Source: an uncultured Gammaproteobacteria bacterium (GTDB lineage Bacteria; Patescibacteriota; Microgenomatia; CAZTEW01). Taken from it: 64,000 bases of DNA. The first letter of the stretch is position 1; each line of letters starts with the position of its first letter. The translations under genes and the position numbers were made by a program. The stretch is taken from NCBI GenBank assembly GCA_964612215.1, contig CAZTEW010000001.1:12432-76431 (forward strand), given 5' to 3'. This document shows, piece by piece, positions 60,275-64,000 of this stretch. The notes beneath the pieces were generated by a model, which was not told the origin of the DNA, searched no databases, and saw nothing but the letters and a program-made list of their open reading frames with translations.

Positions 60275-61569
60275 AAGTAACTCCTTTAGGCGGCGTTGCC
60301 GAAGTCACCAATAACCTGTTTGTTTACGAAACCGAGAAAGAGGCTTTAGTGGTTGATTGCGGCGCTGGGTTTCCTGAAGAAGAAGAGGGAGAAAATAAAA
60401 TCCTGATTCCGGACTTTGCTTATTTACAAACCATCAGAAAAAAACTCCGCGGTTTGATCATTACTCATGCTCACTTTGACCATTACGGCGCCATTCCTTA
60501 TCTTTTGGAGCAGTTTAATCTGCCGGTTTTTGGCGTCCGGATCAGCTTAGAATTCCTGAGGGCAAAGATGATTGACCTGAAAATCAAAAAAGAAACAAAA
60601 CTGCAACAACTGTCGTTTCGAAAAAATGTTAGCCTCGGGAGTTGGAAAATAACGCCTTTTTTAGTTAACCATTCGGTTCCGGATGCTTCTGGTTTAGCGA
60701 TTTCGACGCCAGCCGGGAAGATTTTCCATGTCAGCGATTTTAAATTTGACTTGACGCCGGTTGACGGCCGGGTTTTTGATTTTCAAAGCTGTATTCAGCT
60801 GGCCCAGAGCGGCGTTTTGGCGCTTTTCTCAGATTGCCTGGGCGCGTGCGAAGAAGGCTTTACCCAGACCGAAAAGAAAGTTGGCCAAACCCTTTTCTCC
60901 TTGATGGCCAAAGCGCCGGGCCAGCTTCTAATGACCACTCTTTCCTCTAATATTCACCGGCTGCGGTTAATGATTGAGGCCGCCAGAGTCTTAGGCAGGC
61001 AGATAGTACCTGTTGGCCGCTCGATAGAAACCAGCTTGGCAATTGGCGAGCGCTTGGGTTATCTGCCTCGGTTGTCGAGAAAAAAACAGAAAAATTCCCG
61101 CCGCTTAGTCTATTTAGTCGCCGGCAGCTATGGTCAGGAGAATTCCAACCTGATGCGTGTCGCTCAGGGAAAGCATCCGGGGTTGAAATTAGAAAAAGGA
61201 GCGACGGTGATTTTTTCCGCTGACCCTTCGCCGCCCAACACCGAAGCTAAAGTGAACAAACTAGTTGACCTCTTAACACTCCAGGGAGCTAGGGTTCATT
61301 ACTACGAAATTCAGGAAAATCTGCATGCTTCCGGACATGGTTCAGCTGGAGACCTTCAGCTGTTAATGGCTTTGGTGAAGCCGAAATTTTTCGTTCCCAT
61401 CGGCGGTTGTCCGCGGCACATGCGGGCTTACGCCGCCTTAGCCAAGGAAATGGGGATCGGGCCGGAAAGGGTTTTCGAACTTTTGCCGGGCGAGAGTTTG
61501 ATTTTCGGACTACACAGTGCCAGGCGGGGAACGGTCATCGAGCTTAAAAAGAAAACGATTTTAGTGTAG
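60268..61569 (+). CDS. rnj: ribonuclease J (metallo-beta-lactamase/beta-CASP), C-terminally short
   Basis: PLGGVAEV, THAHFDH, HSVPD, DFKFD, HASGH. Confidence 0.9.
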   Translation: MVKVTPLGGVAEVTNNLFVYETEKEALVVDCGAGFPEEEEGENKILIPDFAYLQTIRKKLRGLIITHAHFDHYGAIPYLLEQFNLPVFGVRISLEFLRAKMIDLKIKKETKLQQLSFRKNVSLGSWKITPFLVNHSVPDASGLAISTPAGKIFHVSDFKFDLTPVDGRVFDFQSCIQLAQSGVLALFSDCLGACEEGFTQTEKKVGQTLFSLMAKAPGQLLMTTLSSNIHRLRLMIEAARVLGRQIVPVGRSIETSLAIGERLGYLPRLSRKKQKNSRRLVYLVAGSYGQENSNLMRVAQGKHPGLKLEKGATVIFSADPSPPNTEAKVNKLVDLLTLQGARVHYYEIQENLHASGHGSAGDLQLLMALVKPKFFVPIGGCPRHMRAYAALAKEMGIGPERVFELLPGESLIFGLHSARRGTVIELKKKTILV

Positions 61570-61587
61570 AATGGTGGTGGAGGCAAG

Positions 61588-63633
61588 ATGAGTCAGCGCG
61601 GTCGCAGGAAAAACCCTTATAAGCTTAAATTAAAAAAAGAATCGCTTTATGCTATCGCCAGCATTTTTCTTTTTTTCAGCGGCGGCTTGGTGATGCTTTC
61701 TTTTTCCCAGCAAGGAGAGATTTTAACCAAAGTCCATTTGCTTTCGCGCCAGCTTTTTGGCGTTGGCTCTCTTTTTTTGCCTTTTCTTTTGGTAGCGGCG
61801 GGGTTAATGCTGACTAACCTGCAATGGCGCCTTTGCCGGCCGCATGTTTTAGTCGGCGGCTTCCTGATGGCTTTAAGCTTTATCGGAGTTTTAAAAACCG
61901 GTAGCGTCGGCCAAGTGGTTTTTCAAAATATGAGCGCTTTGATTACCGGTTTTGGCGCTTATTTAGTTCTTCTGGCTGCCGGTTTAATCGGCTTTATTGT
62001 TCTTTTTGAAACTTCGTTTGAAGATATTTTCCTGTTTTTTGGCCAACTTTTGGCCCGGCTGAAAGAGAAAACGCCGGCGATGCCTAAAAAAGGATCATTG
62101 ATTCTAGCGCGGCGAGTCAAAAAAGAATCAGGCCACGAAGATAAAGAGCTGGAAAAGACAACGGCGGCTGTCCAGCCAGTTTCTTCAACCAGTCAAGGAA
62201 TTTGGGAATATCCACCTCTTGATTTATTAGTGAACGAAATCGGCGGTGAGGCTGATCGTGGTGACGTCAAGCAAAATCAGGCTGTCGTTGAAGAAACACT
62301 GGCTTCTTTTGGTGTTCAAGCTAAGGTCGCCGAAGTGAATTATGGACCGGCGGTCACCCAATATGCCTTGGAAATCAGCCGCGGCACCAAGCTTTCTAAA
62401 GTGACCGCTCTTGCTAATGACCTGGCTTTGTCTTTGGCCGCGCCGACCGGTCAAATTAGAATTGAAGCGCCGATTCCGGGCCGTTCTTTAGTGGGCGTGG
62501 AAGTTCCGAATAATTCTTTGGAAATTGTGCCTTTGAAAAAAATTCTCGCCTCTAAAGAAATGAAAAAAGAGAAGCATAAATTAAACGTGACTTTAGGGTT
62601 GGACGTTTCCGGCCGGCCGATGATTGCTAATTTGGCCAGAATGCCTCATGTTTTGATTGCCGGCGCGACCGGTTCAGGCAAAACCTGCTGTTTGAATTCT
62701 TTTATTGCCACTATTCTTTTTCGGGCCAGTCCCGAAGAAGTCAAATTAATTTTAATTGATCCGAAGCGAGTCGAATTGGTGTCCTATAATGGCATTCCTC
62801 ATCTGCTGACACCGGTGATTACTGATCCGGAACAGGTAATTTCTGCTTTGAAATGGGCGATTAGCGAGATGGATCGGCGTTATAAGCTTTTTGCCCAGGT
62901 CGGGGTACGCAACATTGACAGCTATAACCAACTTTCTGGCTTTCAGGCGTTGCCCTATATGGTGATTATCATCGACGAACTGGCGGATATTATTCTTTTT
63001 GCGCCGGCTGATGTTGAGGACGCTATTACCCGGATTGCGCAAATGGCGCGCGCGACCGGAATTCATCTGGTAATTTCTACTCAAAGACCGTCAGTTGACG
63101 TTCTGACTGGCCTGATTAAGGCCAACATTCCCTGTCGAATTGCCTTTAATGTTACGTCTGCGGTTGATTCCCGGGTAATTCTGGATATGGGGGGTGCGGA
63201 AAAGCTCCTGGGCCGCGGCGACATGCTTTATATTCCGCCGGATCAGGCGAAACCGAGCCGGATTCAAGGCACCTATGTTTCTGACGCGGAAATTCAGAAA
63301 CTGATTGAGTTTTTGAAAAAGACCGGTGAGCAGCCAAAATATATCAATGAAGTCACCACCAAATATAAACCTCTGACAGTCACCGAAGAAGAAACTGAAA
63401 AGGACGATTTGTTTGACGAAGCCGTCCGGGTAGTTTGCCGCTATGATCGGGCTTCGGCTTCCCTGTTGCAGCGCCGGCTATCAATTGGTTATGCCCGGGC
63501 GGCCAGAATTTTAGACCAGCTGCAAAAAGCAGGCTTGGTCGGTCCGCCGGAAGGTAGCAAGCCGCGAGAGGTTTTGGTTCGCAGTCCGGAAGAATACTTC
63601 AGCCGCAGCGCTGGTTGGCGGACTGACGCTTAG
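61588..63633 (+). CDS. ftsK: DNA translocase FtsK/SpoIIIE
   Basis: N-terminal TMs, PHVLIAGATGSGK, IDPKRVEL, DELAD, gamma domain ASASLLQRRLSIGYARAAR. Confidence 0.96.
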   Translation: MSQRGRRKNPYKLKLKKESLYAIASIFLFFSGGLVMLSFSQQGEILTKVHLLSRQLFGVGSLFLPFLLVAAGLMLTNLQWRLCRPHVLVGGFLMALSFIGVLKTGSVGQVVFQNMSALITGFGAYLVLLAAGLIGFIVLFETSFEDIFLFFGQLLARLKEKTPAMPKKGSLILARRVKKESGHEDKELEKTTAAVQPVSSTSQGIWEYPPLDLLVNEIGGEADRGDVKQNQAVVEETLASFGVQAKVAEVNYGPAVTQYALEISRGTKLSKVTALANDLALSLAAPTGQIRIEAPIPGRSLVGVEVPNNSLEIVPLKKILASKEMKKEKHKLNVTLGLDVSGRPMIANLARMPHVLIAGATGSGKTCCLNSFIATILFRASPEEVKLILIDPKRVELVSYNGIPHLLTPVITDPEQVISALKWAISEMDRRYKLFAQVGVRNIDSYNQLSGFQALPYMVIIIDELADIILFAPADVEDAITRIAQMARATGIHLVISTQRPSVDVLTGLIKANIPCRIAFNVTSAVDSRVILDMGGAEKLLGRGDMLYIPPDQAKPSRIQGTYVSDAEIQKLIEFLKKTGEQPKYINEVTTKYKPLTVTEEETEKDDLFDEAVRVVCRYDRASASLLQRRLSIGYARAARILDQLQKAGLVGPPEGSKPREVLVRSPEEYFSRSAGWRTDA

Positions 63634-63645
63634 AAAGGAGGAGAA

Positions 63646-64000
63646 GTGCAAAAAGCAGGCGAGCTTTTGAAAAAAAACCGTCAGCGCAAAAAATTATCTT
63701 TGACGACAGTTGCCAAGAGAACTAAAATTAGAAAAGACTATTTAATCGCCCTGGAAGAAAGCCGCTATCAAGATCTGCCTAGCGGCACCTATATTCAAGG
63801 ATTTATCAAAAACTACAGCCAGGTTTTAGGCGTTGATCCCCAGCCGTTTTTAGCGGTTTTTCGCCGGGATTATCGGGAGAAAAACAGGCCGACATTTAAA
63901 ACTTCCCAACTGGAGGGTTTTTACTGGACGCCAAAAACCACTCTACTGGCGATTTTCATTCTCGGCCTCCTGTTTTTTTTCGGCTATCTCTTCTGGCAGT
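63646..64000 (+). CDS. RodZ-like HTH protein, partial
   Basis: AAGGAGG SD, then GTG: QKAGELLKKNRQRKKLSLTTVAKRTKIRKDYLIALEE...LPSGTYIQGFIKNYS, then TM; follows ftsK. Confidence 0.8.
   Translation, partial: MQKAGELLKKNRQRKKLSLTTVAKRTKIRKDYLIALEESRYQDLPSGTYIQGFIKNYSQVLGVDPQPFLAVFRRDYREKNRPTFKTSQLEGFYWTPKTTLLAIFILGLLFFFGYLFWQ

Overview
A gene-dense bacterial chromosome segment in translation table 11. Its streamlined housekeeping genes, many GT-C glycosyltransferases, PilN/PilO-like genes and Pro/Thr-rich surface proteins most resemble Patescibacteria/CPR (Microgenomates-like); this placement is an inference. Content: (i) 1-9607, a co-directional pil / surface-protein / glycosylation run; (ii) rpsT and murJ; (iii) 11583-15982, a four-gene cohesin/dockerin-like surface cluster carrying a 395-bp duplication that looks exact by eye; (iv) hrcA-grpE-dnaK-dnaJ with a CIRCE-like operator, and groES-groEL; (v) tsaD, valS, jag, yidC, rplY, RNase H, a UvrD-nuclease fusion, rmuC, metG, a cell-envelope GT cluster, tRNA-Cys, gap, nusA, infB, rpsO, pnp, an RHH/PIN toxin-antitoxin pair, a protease-less Lon-type AAA+, RNase J, ftsK and a rodZ-like gene. 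The most striking unexplained signal is a dispersed set of 7/8/9-nt tandem tracts and several families of short GC-rich palindromic cassettes inside intact genes. The same DNA cassette is read in different frames and orientations in unrelated proteins. One of the tract motifs also flanks a frameshifted four-helix-bundle gene beside tRNA-Cys that the ORF track missed. Many genes appear to be transcribed as leaderless or near-leaderless mRNAs. All calls were made by eye from sequence and motif recognition; no searches were run.
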